Below, piece by piece: positions 37,171 through 47,261 of a stretch of DNA of 64,000 bases; positions within the stretch are counted from its first letter, which is position 1; the number at the start of each line of letters is the position of its first letter. This DNA comes from Bacteriovoracaceae bacterium (GTDB lineage Bacteria; Bdellovibrionota; Bacteriovoracia; Bacteriovoracales; Bacteriovoracaceae): assembly GCA_048270185.1 (NCBI GenBank), contig JBLWTJ010000001.1, positions 480,001 to 544,000 of the forward strand. Direction: 5' to 3'. The translations under genes were made by a program, and so were the position numbers. The notes under the pieces were generated by a model. The model was not told where the DNA came from and searched no databases. It saw only the letters and a program-made list of their open reading frames with translations.

Positions 37171-38880
37171 ATGAAGGTAATCTATTTAATTCTATTTTTG
37201 TTCATTACAAGCTCTTGTGTTCCACAAGTTGCCCGTCCAGACGGATTCTTTGACGATGTGAACGTATCTGATAGCTGTGAGGATCTCTTCTTCTTACTAA
37301 ATGAAGGAAATGTCTGTGCCAGCTCATGCAATGACGGTGAAGTTGTCGCTACAGATGAACAAGTTGAAGAAATATTAGCAAATGAAAATCTTGATGATTT
37401 CACACGCGAAAATATTCAATTATCTATTGGTGTCTGTATCACGGCCGAAGAAGAGATTGTTCGCCCAAGTGATTCCCTATTTATTGATGATAATTTCTGT
37501 ATTTGTAAGAATCAGAAAGTTGCTTCAGTTACAAGTGGTGCCGATTGTGCGGCAACATGCCAAAATAAAACAGCAACGGTGGCAACACTTTACGGTAGCG
37601 TTTCAGTAGGGGCCCTTATTCAAGGTAATGCTAATCTTGAAAACCTTTTTGGTTTCTGTAATAACGCCATTGATAATGGCGCCACAAACCCTCCATCATG
37701 CTCTCTTGTTGCAACAGATATCGATGGAAAGCGCTTTACAAGTGTGCTTAAAACTTTCCAAGGAACAAACCTTTTTGAAGCAAACCTAGAAGCAACAGGT
37801 GCAAACTTTGGAGAGGCCTATACTTTTCATATTGAAGAAACTGGCAGTGGTGTTGAATACGCAACTTCAGATCACGAGCAATTTAAATTATTTGAACCAG
37901 GTGATGATGACGAATATGATGGAAATCTAAAGATCAAACTTATTTCACAATACACTTGTATGATTCGTGCCACGGCCACTAGCTCAAATTATGATGCCAG
38001 CCAACAAATCTACCTTGATACAGTTAGAAAGCACTTCTATATGCCTGTCGATTACCCTACACCTTACCTTCCACCAGGAGTCAGTGATACAATCTTCTGT
38101 CACGACTATATTAAGACGGGACAAAATGATGACTCTCCACAATTTGCAAGACTTGAACTAACCCCAGATCATTTTTCTCTTTGGGATGTAAATGATGTTC
38201 GCTTTATCGCTGATGGTGATAACCGCACAGTCGACTTTCTTATTAAGAATAGAATGATAGAAATGGGGGCCAATATTTCAGGAACGAAGTCTTACTTCGC
38301 GCCTCTTGAAACATGTGTTGCACCAAGTGTTAGCGTTGAAGATGGTGGCTTCCCTGAAGCCTGTACATCAACTGAATCAGGCCTAATTCAATCAGGGCTC
38401 GCCCTTATGCCTTTCTTTACCGACAATAGTGGCCGTGCAATCTGTCCAGGTTATACAGAGTACAATTCGAGCAATATTGAATTTAAGGCCCTTGGAGAAA
38501 TTATTGGTGTTCCAACAGAAGGTCTCTACTTTGCTCAAGGACCACGTGAAGTAATTGAGTTAACAGATGGTACAAAGCAAGAGATCAAACCAGCTGATGT
38601 TATGTTTATTCGCGAAGGACTATTAAAGAATATCTGGTTCCACCTGACGACAGATGGAGTCCACTACAAACCAACAAATGATACAGTTTCACAACCGACC
38701 TACTTCTACTGGCCGGCCGATGTCGATGCTCCTTATGTCCAAAAGCGTGGTTATCAGAAGCTTTATCAAGTCATGCATGCATCTGAGCTTGTAAGTAGTG
38801 GGTACACATCTTCAATACCTACGACGATTAAGCCTCTTGATCGCAAGATGGGATGTATTCCGGTTACAAGTTCAAATTAA
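37171..38880 (+). CDS. Cys-rich lipoprotein of unknown function
   Basis: Lipobox ITSS-C; many Cys. Confidence 0.75.
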   Translation: MKVIYLILFLFITSSCVPQVARPDGFFDDVNVSDSCEDLFFLLNEGNVCASSCNDGEVVATDEQVEEILANENLDDFTRENIQLSIGVCITAEEEIVRPSDSLFIDDNFCICKNQKVASVTSGADCAATCQNKTATVATLYGSVSVGALIQGNANLENLFGFCNNAIDNGATNPPSCSLVATDIDGKRFTSVLKTFQGTNLFEANLEATGANFGEAYTFHIEETGSGVEYATSDHEQFKLFEPGDDDEYDGNLKIKLISQYTCMIRATATSSNYDASQQIYLDTVRKHFYMPVDYPTPYLPPGVSDTIFCHDYIKTGQNDDSPQFARLELTPDHFSLWDVNDVRFIADGDNRTVDFLIKNRMIEMGANISGTKSYFAPLETCVAPSVSVEDGGFPEACTSTESGLIQSGLALMPFFTDNSGRAICPGYTEYNSSNIEFKALGEIIGVPTEGLYFAQGPREVIELTDGTKQEIKPADVMFIREGLLKNIWFHLTTDGVHYKPTNDTVSQPTYFYWPADVDAPYVQKRGYQKLYQVMHASELVSSGYTSSIPTTIKPLDRKMGCIPVTSSN

Positions 38881-38881
38881 T

Positions 38882-39583
38882 TTAGAGAACGCGTTTTTTG
38901 AAAACTTCCACAGATGGATCAAGGTAATCTTTGTATAAGATGTAGATCACGATAAGCTTTGTGGCAGTTGAAAAGAAAAAGAAGATAATCCCCTTAACAA
39001 ATCTTAAGAGAATAAAGTCGTCTTTTTTGATAAACATTTTTTTAAGAAAATACATAAGAATAAAGAGACCTATCACAACTCCAAGTGCAATTTTAAGGAT
39101 CTTCTTATCTTGAGTTAACTCAAAGAGATAAAGCATGGCCTTATCATCTTTAATGAGCCCAACAGCAAAGTTTATGGCCTTATCACTTTGCGAAATATAA
39201 TTTACGAGAGGTTTTCCCTCTAAACTTGTACGAATCATTTCCGCAACTTGATCATCAGGCATATTCTTAAACTGGGAATTTACTAATTTGATGGCCTGTC
39301 TAACCATGGCCGGATTGGCCATATTAAGATTACCTGTACCTACTTGTGAAGGATCAATATGTGCAATAGGTGCTGAATCAACGCTCCCCTCATCTTCATT
39401 AATAACATCTTCTTTAATTACATTGATTGATTCTTCAAGATCTTTGAGTTGTTCTTTGGAATTATAGGTATTATCTCGGCTATCGTAATCATCACCGTAA
39501 GCAAAAACCCTTTGTGCGCAAAGAAGCACACAAAGGGCCGATATAAACATAATTGTATTTTTTAACAATTTCGTCTTAAGCAT
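38882..39583 (-). CDS. Hypothetical membrane protein (signal peptide plus two C-terminal TM helices), coupled to secF
   Basis: Overlaps the secF stop; VFA-Y cleavage site. Confidence 0.7.
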   Translation of the reverse strand: MLKTKLLKNTIMFISALCVLLCAQRVFAYGDDYDSRDNTYNSKEQLKDLEESINVIKEDVINEDEGSVDSAPIAHIDPSQVGTGNLNMANPAMVRQAIKLVNSQFKNMPDDQVAEMIRTSLEGKPLVNYISQSDKAINFAVGLIKDDKAMLYLFELTQDKKILKIALGVVIGLFILMYFLKKMFIKKDDFILLRFVKGIIFFFFSTATKLIVIYILYKDYLDPSVEVFKKRVL

Positions 39584-40499
39584 TTACTGGATTTTTTACT
39601 TCATTTCCTCTGAAACGATCAAAAAGTAATACGACAGGTGCAGCAACAAAGTTTGATGAATATGTACCTACAACGACACCAAGAGTGATTGCCATAAAGA
39701 AATCACGGATTGCAAGACCACCAAGGAAGAACATCGTCGCTGAAACAAAAAGAGTTGTTCCAGAAGTTAAGATAGTTCTTGATAGTGTTTCATTAATTGC
39801 ATTATTGATGTGTTCTTTAATATCACGTCCAACAAATTTCGCTTCGTGCTCACGAACTCGGTCATAAACAATAACCGTATCGTTTACCGAGTAACCAATA
39901 ACCGCAAGGATTGCCGCAACTGTTTGTAGAGTAAACTCTGTTCCAGTAAGAGCAAATATCCCTAGGATGATTGTAACATCATGGAAAAGAGCAACAATTG
40001 CTCCTGGTGAGTATTTGAAATCAAAGCGAAGACCTACGTAAACCATAATCGCAAGAAGCGCCCATAGCATCGCTAGGAATCCAGACTTTCTAAGTTCAGC
40101 ACCGGCCTTTGGACCAACGATATCAACTTTTCTAATTTCAACACCATCAGCTTGGTACTTTGTTTGAAGAGTTTGAGATACTTTTTCAGTAACTTCATTT
40201 AAGTTCTCTTCACTAGCACTTACTTTTAGAAGGTATTCATTCTGATCGGCTTCACCGATTGTTTGGATTGTTAGCCCTGTAAATCCAGCAGTTCCCATTT
40301 CCTTTCTTAATTCATTTAAATTTTCTTTCTTTTGGAACTTTACCTGAATTTCAGCTCCACCTCTAAAGTCTACCCCGTACTGCATCTTTGTTGCGATTAA
40401 GAACAATGAGCCAATAACAAGAATTGCAGAGATGAAACCAGCGATTCCAAACTTTCCAACAAAATCGAATTTTGTATTACTTTTAATTACTTCAAACAT
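39576..40499 (-). CDS. secF: Protein translocase subunit SecF
   Basis: GVDFRGG, IGYSVNDTVIVYDRVRE. Confidence 0.97.
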   Translation of the reverse strand: MFEVIKSNTKFDFVGKFGIAGFISAILVIGSLFLIATKMQYGVDFRGGAEIQVKFQKKENLNELRKEMGTAGFTGLTIQTIGEADQNEYLLKVSASEENLNEVTEKVSQTLQTKYQADGVEIRKVDIVGPKAGAELRKSGFLAMLWALLAIMVYVGLRFDFKYSPGAIVALFHDVTIILGIFALTGTEFTLQTVAAILAVIGYSVNDTVIVYDRVREHEAKFVGRDIKEHINNAINETLSRTILTSGTTLFVSATMFFLGGLAIRDFFMAITLGVVVGTYSSNFVAAPVVLLFDRFRGNEVKNPVNA

Positions 40500-40514
40500 A
40501 TCAACTCCAATACC

Positions 40515-42224
40515 TTAAATACTTAAATCCTGACCTTCAACTTTGTTCATATAGAATTCAAAGAATAACTTAGAAGCAAAGTAAGAAGTATAAACTGTTG
40601 CCATAATTCCGATTAGTAGAGTTACAGCGAAACCTCTAATTGGACCAGTACCAAAGTTTAGAAGACAAATACCAGCAAGAGCTGTCGTAATGTTAGCATC
40701 AACGATTGTCCAGAAAGCTGAATTGAAACCATTCTCAACAGCTTTATAGAACCCTACATTCTGCCTTATCTCCTCTCGAATACGCTCGTAGATGATGATA
40801 TTGGCATCAACGGCCATACCAACAGTAAGAGCGATACCTGCAATACCTGGAAGAGTAAGAGTTGCACCAAGACCAACAAGCATTGCTAAAACAATAAGAA
40901 CGTTAAGTCCTAGAGTGATAATAGCGAAAACACCTGAAACTCTATAGTAAACAAGAATGAATGCGAAAACTAGAATACAACCAATTAAAGAGGCAAAACG
41001 AGCTTTGTCAATTGAGTCAGCACCAAGTGATGGCCCTACAGTTCTTTGCTCAAGGAAATCAAGTTGAACAGGAAGAGCACCAGCACGAAGAACAAGAGCT
41101 AAGTCTTTTGCTTCCTTTAGTTGCTCATTATAACCCTTTCCTCCAAGTGAAATCGTTGCACGTCCACCGGCGATTTTTCCGTTAATACGTGGAGCTGAGT
41201 ATACATTACCATCTAACGTAATTGCCATTAAACGACCGACGTTCTCACCAGTAACGTCGGCAAAAACCTTCGCACCACGAGACTTAAAGTTAAGCCCAAC
41301 TTCTGGTTGATTATTTTGTTGTGGGTTAAATTGAACACGAGCATCTTCTAGGTCTTCACCTGTTAGTCTTGCTGTTGCTTCAATTAAGTATGGGATTAGT
41401 TGGCTAACTTCACCCTTAGCGTTAGTTACACGCTCAAATGCTAGAGTGTGACCCTTTGGAAGATCTTTAGCAACGATTTCGTTAACCTTAGAAACATAAT
41501 CAGAGAATCTCTCACCTTTCTTATAATCAATTCCTTGATCTTTAGCCTTTGCAACCCAACCTTGGATTGTTGCAGGAGCAATATCAGAATTAACCATTTT
41601 GAACTCAAGCTTTGCTGTTTTACCAATAAGCTCTTTTGCTCTTTCAATATCCTTAACACCTGGAAGCTGAACAACGATGCGATCCTGCCCCTGAGAAACG
41701 ATTTCTGGCTCAGTAACACCAAACTCGTCAATACGGTTTCTGATAACTTCGATTGATCTTTTAACAGATTGTTCTTCGATATCTGTTTTAACTTTCTTCG
41801 TTAAAGCAATTGAAATTGAAGAAGCATTTTCACTAGTGATTCTTAAAAAACCATTAAATTGATCGTGAATAACATTCTTTAGGGCCTCAACATCAGCAGC
41901 TGATGAAACGATGATCTCAATTTTTGGATCAAGCTCGTCTGTTGCATCAACGTCCCCTAGCTCAAATGAATTTCCTGTTTCATCTTTATAGCCAAATTCC
42001 ACACGGCGAGCATAACCTTTTACCTCGTCCTTGTAGACTTTCTTAAAATCAATACCAAGGATCATGTAAAGACCACCTTGAAGGTCTAGTCCTAAATTGA
42101 TCTTTGACTTAACTGGAAAGTTGTCAGTTTCTTTAAAATTAAATGCAGTAGGTACGATAGAAATACCTGAAATGATCGCTACGATAAGTAGAAATATGAA
42201 GCGATACCACCAGCCTCTTCTCAT
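40515..42224 (-). CDS. secD: Protein translocase subunit SecD
   Basis: LGLDLQGG, RIDEFGVTEP, GMAVDANIIIYERIREE. Confidence 0.97.
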   Translation of the reverse strand: MRRGWWYRFIFLLIVAIISGISIVPTAFNFKETDNFPVKSKINLGLDLQGGLYMILGIDFKKVYKDEVKGYARRVEFGYKDETGNSFELGDVDATDELDPKIEIIVSSAADVEALKNVIHDQFNGFLRITSENASSISIALTKKVKTDIEEQSVKRSIEVIRNRIDEFGVTEPEIVSQGQDRIVVQLPGVKDIERAKELIGKTAKLEFKMVNSDIAPATIQGWVAKAKDQGIDYKKGERFSDYVSKVNEIVAKDLPKGHTLAFERVTNAKGEVSQLIPYLIEATARLTGEDLEDARVQFNPQQNNQPEVGLNFKSRGAKVFADVTGENVGRLMAITLDGNVYSAPRINGKIAGGRATISLGGKGYNEQLKEAKDLALVLRAGALPVQLDFLEQRTVGPSLGADSIDKARFASLIGCILVFAFILVYYRVSGVFAIITLGLNVLIVLAMLVGLGATLTLPGIAGIALTVGMAVDANIIIYERIREEIRQNVGFYKAVENGFNSAFWTIVDANITTALAGICLLNFGTGPIRGFAVTLLIGIMATVYTSYFASKLFFEFYMNKVEGQDLSI

Positions 42225-42346
42225 TAGATTCTCCTAATCCTTGGGGTTCTTTTGGTTTTCTCGATTAATTGAGTTGTATAAACTACAAAAATTATATGAG
42301 ATTAACTACTTAAAAACAATATTAAGAGAATATTAATTTCAAAAAC

Positions 42347-42631
42347 TTATGATTGAACTTCTTTGTCCGACTCTTTTACTTGGTTTTGGTTTTCTTCATC
42401 TAATTTAACTTCGGCTTTAACCGCAGTTTCAGATTCTACTTTTTGAGATGATGCATCATTTGTTTGCGCTACATCATTGACATGATCCATGAGATCATCT
42501 TTGGCCTTTTGGAACTCGCGTAACCCCTTACCTAGGCCCTTGGCCAACTCAGGAAGTTTCTTTGGCCCGATAAAGATCAGGGCAAAGACGAGAATAATAA
42601 GTAGCTCACCAGCTCCAAAACCGCCAAACAT
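42347..42631 (-). CDS. Twin-arginine translocase TatA/TatB family subunit
   Basis: GELLIILVFALIFIGPKKLPELAKGLGKGLREF. Confidence 0.9.
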   Translation of the reverse strand: MFGGFGAGELLIILVFALIFIGPKKLPELAKGLGKGLREFQKAKDDLMDHVNDVAQTNDASSQKVESETAVKAEVKLDEENQNQVKESDKEVQS

Positions 42632-42633
42632 TA

Positions 42634-42969
42634 TTAAGCCTCTTTCTTATTAGCAAGAACGCTTTCTTCTAGTCCTGCAATTTGAGAACGTAGAATTTTG
42701 ATTTTGATATTGTCTGCAACTTCAAGATCAACCACTTTTTCAGTAAGTCCTACGATTTTTCCAAAGATTCCAGCTTTTGTATAAATTCTGTCACCTTTGT
42801 TTAGGCTATCAACAATTTTCTTTTCTTCTTCAATTTGTCTCTTTTGAGGTCTAAATACTAGAAAGTAAAATACAAGAACAACAAGAATGATTGGAACAAA
42901 ATTCATTGCTGTCGGTTGTTGAGCAGCTGCTCCTTGTGCGAATACGTCTGATATAAAAAGTTTAAACAT
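42634..42969 (-). CDS. yajC: Preprotein translocase subunit YajC
   Basis: FYFLVFRPQKR...LNKGDRIYT..GIFG. Confidence 0.95.
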   Translation of the reverse strand: MFKLFISDVFAQGAAAQQPTAMNFVPIILVVLVFYFLVFRPQKRQIEEEKKIVDSLNKGDRIYTKAGIFGKIVGLTEKVVDLEVADNIKIKILRSQIAGLEESVLANKKEA

Positions 42970-42989
42970 TTATAGCTCCTAAAATTAGT

Positions 42990-44108
42990 CTATTGGCCTG
43001 CGGCCCATTTGCGTGATGTGTATCTTTTATAAAATTCTTTGTAATAAGAGTCAAACCTATCTTCTAAAATCGCTTGGCGTGCATCTTGTGTCATCTTAAT
43101 CATGAAATAAAGATTATGATAAGTGATCAAGTTACCAGAAAGGAACTCTCCAGTTGTATAAAGATGGCGAATATAAGCACGTGAATATGTTCGGCACACT
43201 TTACAATCACAACTTGGATCTGGTGCTCCTTTATCTTCTCTAAAGCGAAGGTTTTTGATATTTAGCGGTCCGTCGTGAGTTAGAAATTGTCCGTTACGCG
43301 CATTTCTAGTTGGAAGAACGCAATCAAACATATCAATACCGGCACGAATTCCATTTAAAATATCAAGTGGCTTTCCAACACCCATTAAATAGCGTGGCTT
43401 CTCTCCAGGCATTGTGTGAACAAAGTCATTTAAGAAATCAACCATCTCTTCATTCTTTTCGCCAACAGAAAGTCCACCTAGAGCAAGTCCAGGAAAATTC
43501 ATTTCTTCTAAGCGCTCCATACATTCTGTACGAAGGTCTTTATGAAGTCCTCCTTGAACAATCCCAAAGAGTTTTTGGTAGTCACGAAGTTTGTAGTCAA
43601 TACAGCGCTTTGCCCATCTTAGGGTTAGCTCCATACTTTCACGAAGCGTATCTTTTGTAGCAGGAAGTTTAGGGCACTCGTCAAAGGCCATAACAATATC
43701 TGAGCCAAGGCCCTTTTGAATCTCCATACTTTTTTCAGGAGAGATAAGATGCTTTGAACCATCAATATGTGAAGAGAAAGTAACACCTTCTTCAGTAATC
43801 TTATTAATATCTGATAAAGAGAAAACTTGAAAGCCACCAGAGTCAGTGAGAATTGGCTTATCCCAATTCATAAAACCATGAAGACCTCCACCAACTTTTT
43901 CAATAAGTTCATGACCAGGCCTTAAGTATAGGTGATAAGTATTTCCAAGAATAATTTGAGCATTCATTTCATTGAGATCTTCTTGCCACATACACTTAAC
44001 ACTTGCACGAGTACCAACAGGCATAAAGATTGGTGTTTTTATTTCACCATGTTCTGTTGTTATCGTCGTGGCACGGGCCAGTCCAGAATATCCTTCAACT
44101 TTAATCAT
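42990..44108 (-). CDS. tgt: tRNA-guanine transglycosylase
   Basis: TPIFMPVGT, TDSGGFQVFSL, DMFDCVLPTR, CxCxxC. Confidence 0.97.
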   Translation of the reverse strand: MIKVEGYSGLARATTITTEHGEIKTPIFMPVGTRASVKCMWQEDLNEMNAQIILGNTYHLYLRPGHELIEKVGGGLHGFMNWDKPILTDSGGFQVFSLSDINKITEEGVTFSSHIDGSKHLISPEKSMEIQKGLGSDIVMAFDECPKLPATKDTLRESMELTLRWAKRCIDYKLRDYQKLFGIVQGGLHKDLRTECMERLEEMNFPGLALGGLSVGEKNEEMVDFLNDFVHTMPGEKPRYLMGVGKPLDILNGIRAGIDMFDCVLPTRNARNGQFLTHDGPLNIKNLRFREDKGAPDPSCDCKVCRTYSRAYIRHLYTTGEFLSGNLITYHNLYFMIKMTQDARQAILEDRFDSYYKEFYKRYTSRKWAAGQ

Positions 44109-44113
44109 AATAC

Positions 44114-45199
44114 TTACCTTAATATCAGCATCGCATCACCATATGAAAAGAAACGATACTTATTCTCTACTGCTATTTTATATAACTCTAATGTTTTTTC
44201 GCGACCGATTAATGCACTGACAAGCATAAGAAGTGTTGACTTTGGCAGGTGAAAATTAGTCACAAGGCCATCAATACTTTTAACGTCAACACCAGGGTGC
44301 AAGAAGATATCAGTGTCCTTCATTTCACCTGGTGTGTAATTTTCAACACCATTTTTCCAAATTGTTTCGAGTGTTCTTAAACTTGTCGTTCCAACGGCAA
44401 TTCTCTTTTTTGCCGATGTGATCTTTTTAAAGTTCTCACTATCAACATAGTAGTTTTCACTATGCATTTTATGATCTTCTAAATTATCGACCTTAACAGG
44501 AGCAAAAGTCCCAAGACCGACATGTAATGTAACCTTTGCGATATCATGACCGGCCTCCTTAATTTGAGAAAGAAGCTCGTCACTAAAGTGAAGTCCTGCA
44601 GTTGGTGCAGCAACACTTCCCAGTTCATTTGCAAAGACTGTTTGATAGTCTTTCTTATCCTGCTCATCTGACTCTCCCCCTCTAATATACGGAGGAATTG
44701 GAACCAGAGCATTAGCATTTAAGTAATTTATTAAATCATATCCACTTAGGCTTGGTTTGATTAAGAACTCACCATCGACATTATCGATGATTTCTATTTT
44801 AAGATTATTGGCAAATTGATAGTGATCACCAATTCGCTTCTTACCGTTTGCCTTTACAAGAGCACGGTAATTTCCGTCATCATTTGCTTCTACAGTTAAG
44901 AAGAAAACTTCAACACTTCCACCAGAATCTTTGTGTCCTTTAAGACGACATGGAAAGACCTTACTTTGATTGAGAACAAGTGTTGTTTGTGAGGGTAGAA
45001 AGTTTATTAATTCATTGAATTGATGATGTGTAACTGAATCAGTTTTACAATTATAAACCAGAAGACGTGAGTGATGGCGGCCCTCAACAGGACGCGAAGC
45101 AATCTGTTCTTTTGGAAGGTCATAATCATATGACGATAATTGTAAATCTTCTTTATTCATGGGCGCGATAGTACCGTGAAATGACGACATCGTCATCAT
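44114..45199 (-). CDS. queA: SAM:tRNA ribosyltransferase-isomerase (likely start MNKEDL)
   Basis: PPYI, YQTVFA, GSVAAPTAGLHF, TNFHLPKSTL, YRFFSYGDAML. Confidence 0.97.
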   Translation of the reverse strand: MMTMSSFHGTIAPMNKEDLQLSSYDYDLPKEQIASRPVEGRHHSRLLVYNCKTDSVTHHQFNELINFLPSQTTLVLNQSKVFPCRLKGHKDSGGSVEVFFLTVEANDDGNYRALVKANGKKRIGDHYQFANNLKIEIIDNVDGEFLIKPSLSGYDLINYLNANALVPIPPYIRGGESDEQDKKDYQTVFANELGSVAAPTAGLHFSDELLSQIKEAGHDIAKVTLHVGLGTFAPVKVDNLEDHKMHSENYYVDSENFKKITSAKKRIAVGTTSLRTLETIWKNGVENYTPGEMKDTDIFLHPGVDVKSIDGLVTNFHLPKSTLLMLVSALIGREKTLELYKIAVENKYRFFSYGDAMLILR

Positions 45200-45226
45200 G
45201 TAAGTTTTTCAAATCACAAAAAATAT

Positions 45227-46297
45227 ATGTTCAAAAGTCGAGAATGTTGTAAAAACTTACAAATTAAAAAGATGGATATTAGAGTACAAAGAGAGGACGA
45301 TTTGAAGTTATCACCATTAAAAGCATTATTGCTTACATCAGCAATTTCTTTCAACACAATGGCAACAAATAAAGTTATTTACGGTGAAGATGACCGTGTC
45401 GAAGTAAGTGAGTCAAGCAAGCAATCACTAACAGACAGCGTTGCAGCAATGGTAAGTAAATACTATTTCACTTCAAATGATGCCGAAGAAAGTGAATATA
45501 AATTAGGATATTATTCAACACTAAAAAGCCACCGCGGTTATCCAACATGTGGCAATATGAGATTTAGAGAACAACCAACAATTGCAAGTTGTAGTGGATT
45601 CTTAATCGGTGAAAACCTGATGATGACAGCTGGTCACTGTGTTGTTCCTCGCGGACAAACAGTTGCCAATGCAATCACTTCGGGTTGCGCAGGTAATAAG
45701 TGGGTTTTTAATTACACTTCAAATTCAGTAGATAAAGACGGAAAACTTAGTATTGAAAAGAATGACGTCTATGGTTGTAAGAAAGTTGTTGCTGGAAGTT
45801 ACACACAAGGTCTTGATTACGCCGTTATTGAGCTTGACCGCAAGGCCGCCGATAAGAAGGTTGTTAAATTAAACCTAAAAAAGAATGCTGTGGACGTAGG
45901 AACTAAGATCTATGTAGCAGGTTACCCAACAGGACTACCTCTTAAAATTGCAGATAATGCATCAATTAAATTCAACAGCAAAGATCGTACAACAGTATCA
46001 ACTGACCTTGATACATTTGCTGGTAACTCCGGCTCACCAGTCTTTAATACTAATGATGAAGTTGTTGGTATTTTAGTTTCAGGTGAGATTGATTACGCTT
46101 ACGATTATGAGAATCAATGTTATAATGTGAATATCTGTAAAGGATATGGTAAAGAGTGTGATCGCCAAACATTTCCTTGGGGAGCAAGTGGCGAGTCTGT
46201 GACAAAGCTGTTAAGCGCATACCTTGATTACAAATTAACAGCGACACTAGGAGATTTAAGAGTTGATACAAACAAGAATAACAAAGCAGGAAATTAA
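45227..46297 (+). CDS. Secreted trypsin-like serine protease (true start probably TTG near 45302)
   Basis: TAGHC, LDYA, GNSGSP catalytic triad; VIYGEDDR. Confidence 0.92.
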   Translation: MFKSRECCKNLQIKKMDIRVQREDDLKLSPLKALLLTSAISFNTMATNKVIYGEDDRVEVSESSKQSLTDSVAAMVSKYYFTSNDAEESEYKLGYYSTLKSHRGYPTCGNMRFREQPTIASCSGFLIGENLMMTAGHCVVPRGQTVANAITSGCAGNKWVFNYTSNSVDKDGKLSIEKNDVYGCKKVVAGSYTQGLDYAVIELDRKAADKKVVKLNLKKNAVDVGTKIYVAGYPTGLPLKIADNASIKFNSKDRTTVSTDLDTFAGNSGSPVFNTNDEVVGILVSGEIDYAYDYENQCYNVNICKGYGKECDRQTFPWGASGESVTKLLSAYLDYKLTATLGDLRVDTNKNNKAGN

Positions 46298-46853
46298 CGA
46301 ATTTGATCTCATTGACTTTGAAGGCACAATTCATCTTATCGACACAGAAGAAAAATGCCAAAAAGCAAAAAAAGAATTTCTAAGTTTAACAAGTAAATAT
46401 CTTATTACTGGCCTTGATACTGAATCAAGGCCTTCTTTTAAAAAGACTGATAATTTTAAAATAAGCCTCATTCAAGTTTCATTCGATGAAGTATGCTTTC
46501 TCTTTCGTTTAAATAAGGTGAAGTGTCCTGATTACTTAGTGGATTATCTACAAAACGATAAGATCATAAAATCAGGAGTTGCAGTTAAAGACGACTGTCG
46601 TGACTTGAAAAAACAATATAAGATTGATGCAAAAGGTATAGTAGACGTTCAAGATCTTGCCAAAGCACAAGGCTATATCACTCTCGGTCTTGCCTCTCTA
46701 ACAGGAATCCTACTTAAAAGAAAGATTTCAAAGAAAGCAAAACTGACTAATTGGGAGAATAATAAATTAACTCCTGCTCAGATTAAGTATGCGGCAACTG
46801 ATGCATGGATTTCACTTAAGCTCTATGAAGCCTTAAGTGTGAAAGAATCCTAA
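46263..46853 (+). CDS. 3'-5' exonuclease (WRN/RNase D-like DEDDy)
   Basis: GLDTESRP, TNWE..LT..QIKYAATDA. Confidence 0.92.
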   Translation: MIQTRITKQEINEFDLIDFEGTIHLIDTEEKCQKAKKEFLSLTSKYLITGLDTESRPSFKKTDNFKISLIQVSFDEVCFLFRLNKVKCPDYLVDYLQNDKIIKSGVAVKDDCRDLKKQYKIDAKGIVDVQDLAKAQGYITLGLASLTGILLKRKISKKAKLTNWENNKLTPAQIKYAATDAWISLKLYEALSVKES

Positions 46854-46898
46854 TAAATTCTGCTAAAAAAGCTCACAATCATGCCTCAAAATTGAGGG

Positions 46899-47183
46899 AT
46901 GAAAACTCTTAAAATAATTTTTACATTATTCTTGGCCTTCACAAGTCTTAGTGTCTTTGGGGCCGCACCTAGTGCTTCGGGAACAAAGAGTTACAAAATG
47001 GAAGGACTTGAATCAACCAACCCCTTCCAAGAAGCGGCCGAACCTGAGGAGAGAAAGCTTCGTAGGCCTTCATCTGAAGAAATCTATCGCAACAAATATG
47101 AACTCGATCAAGGCTCCCAATGGCAAGATATGGAGGAGCATTGCGGTGATCGTTGTATCTATCCAGACTCCAACCACAAGTAA
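46899..47183 (+). CDS. Small secreted hypothetical protein
   Basis: Signal peptide; RRPSS motif. Confidence 0.65.
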   Translation: MKTLKIIFTLFLAFTSLSVFGAAPSASGTKSYKMEGLESTNPFQEAAEPEERKLRRPSSEEIYRNKYELDQGSQWQDMEEHCGDRCIYPDSNHK

Positions 47184-47261
47184 TATCAAAGACTTAATCT
47201 AGGTAAAATATTTCCTAACTTAAACATAGATGATTTAACCTATAATTTAGTTAGGTAAACT

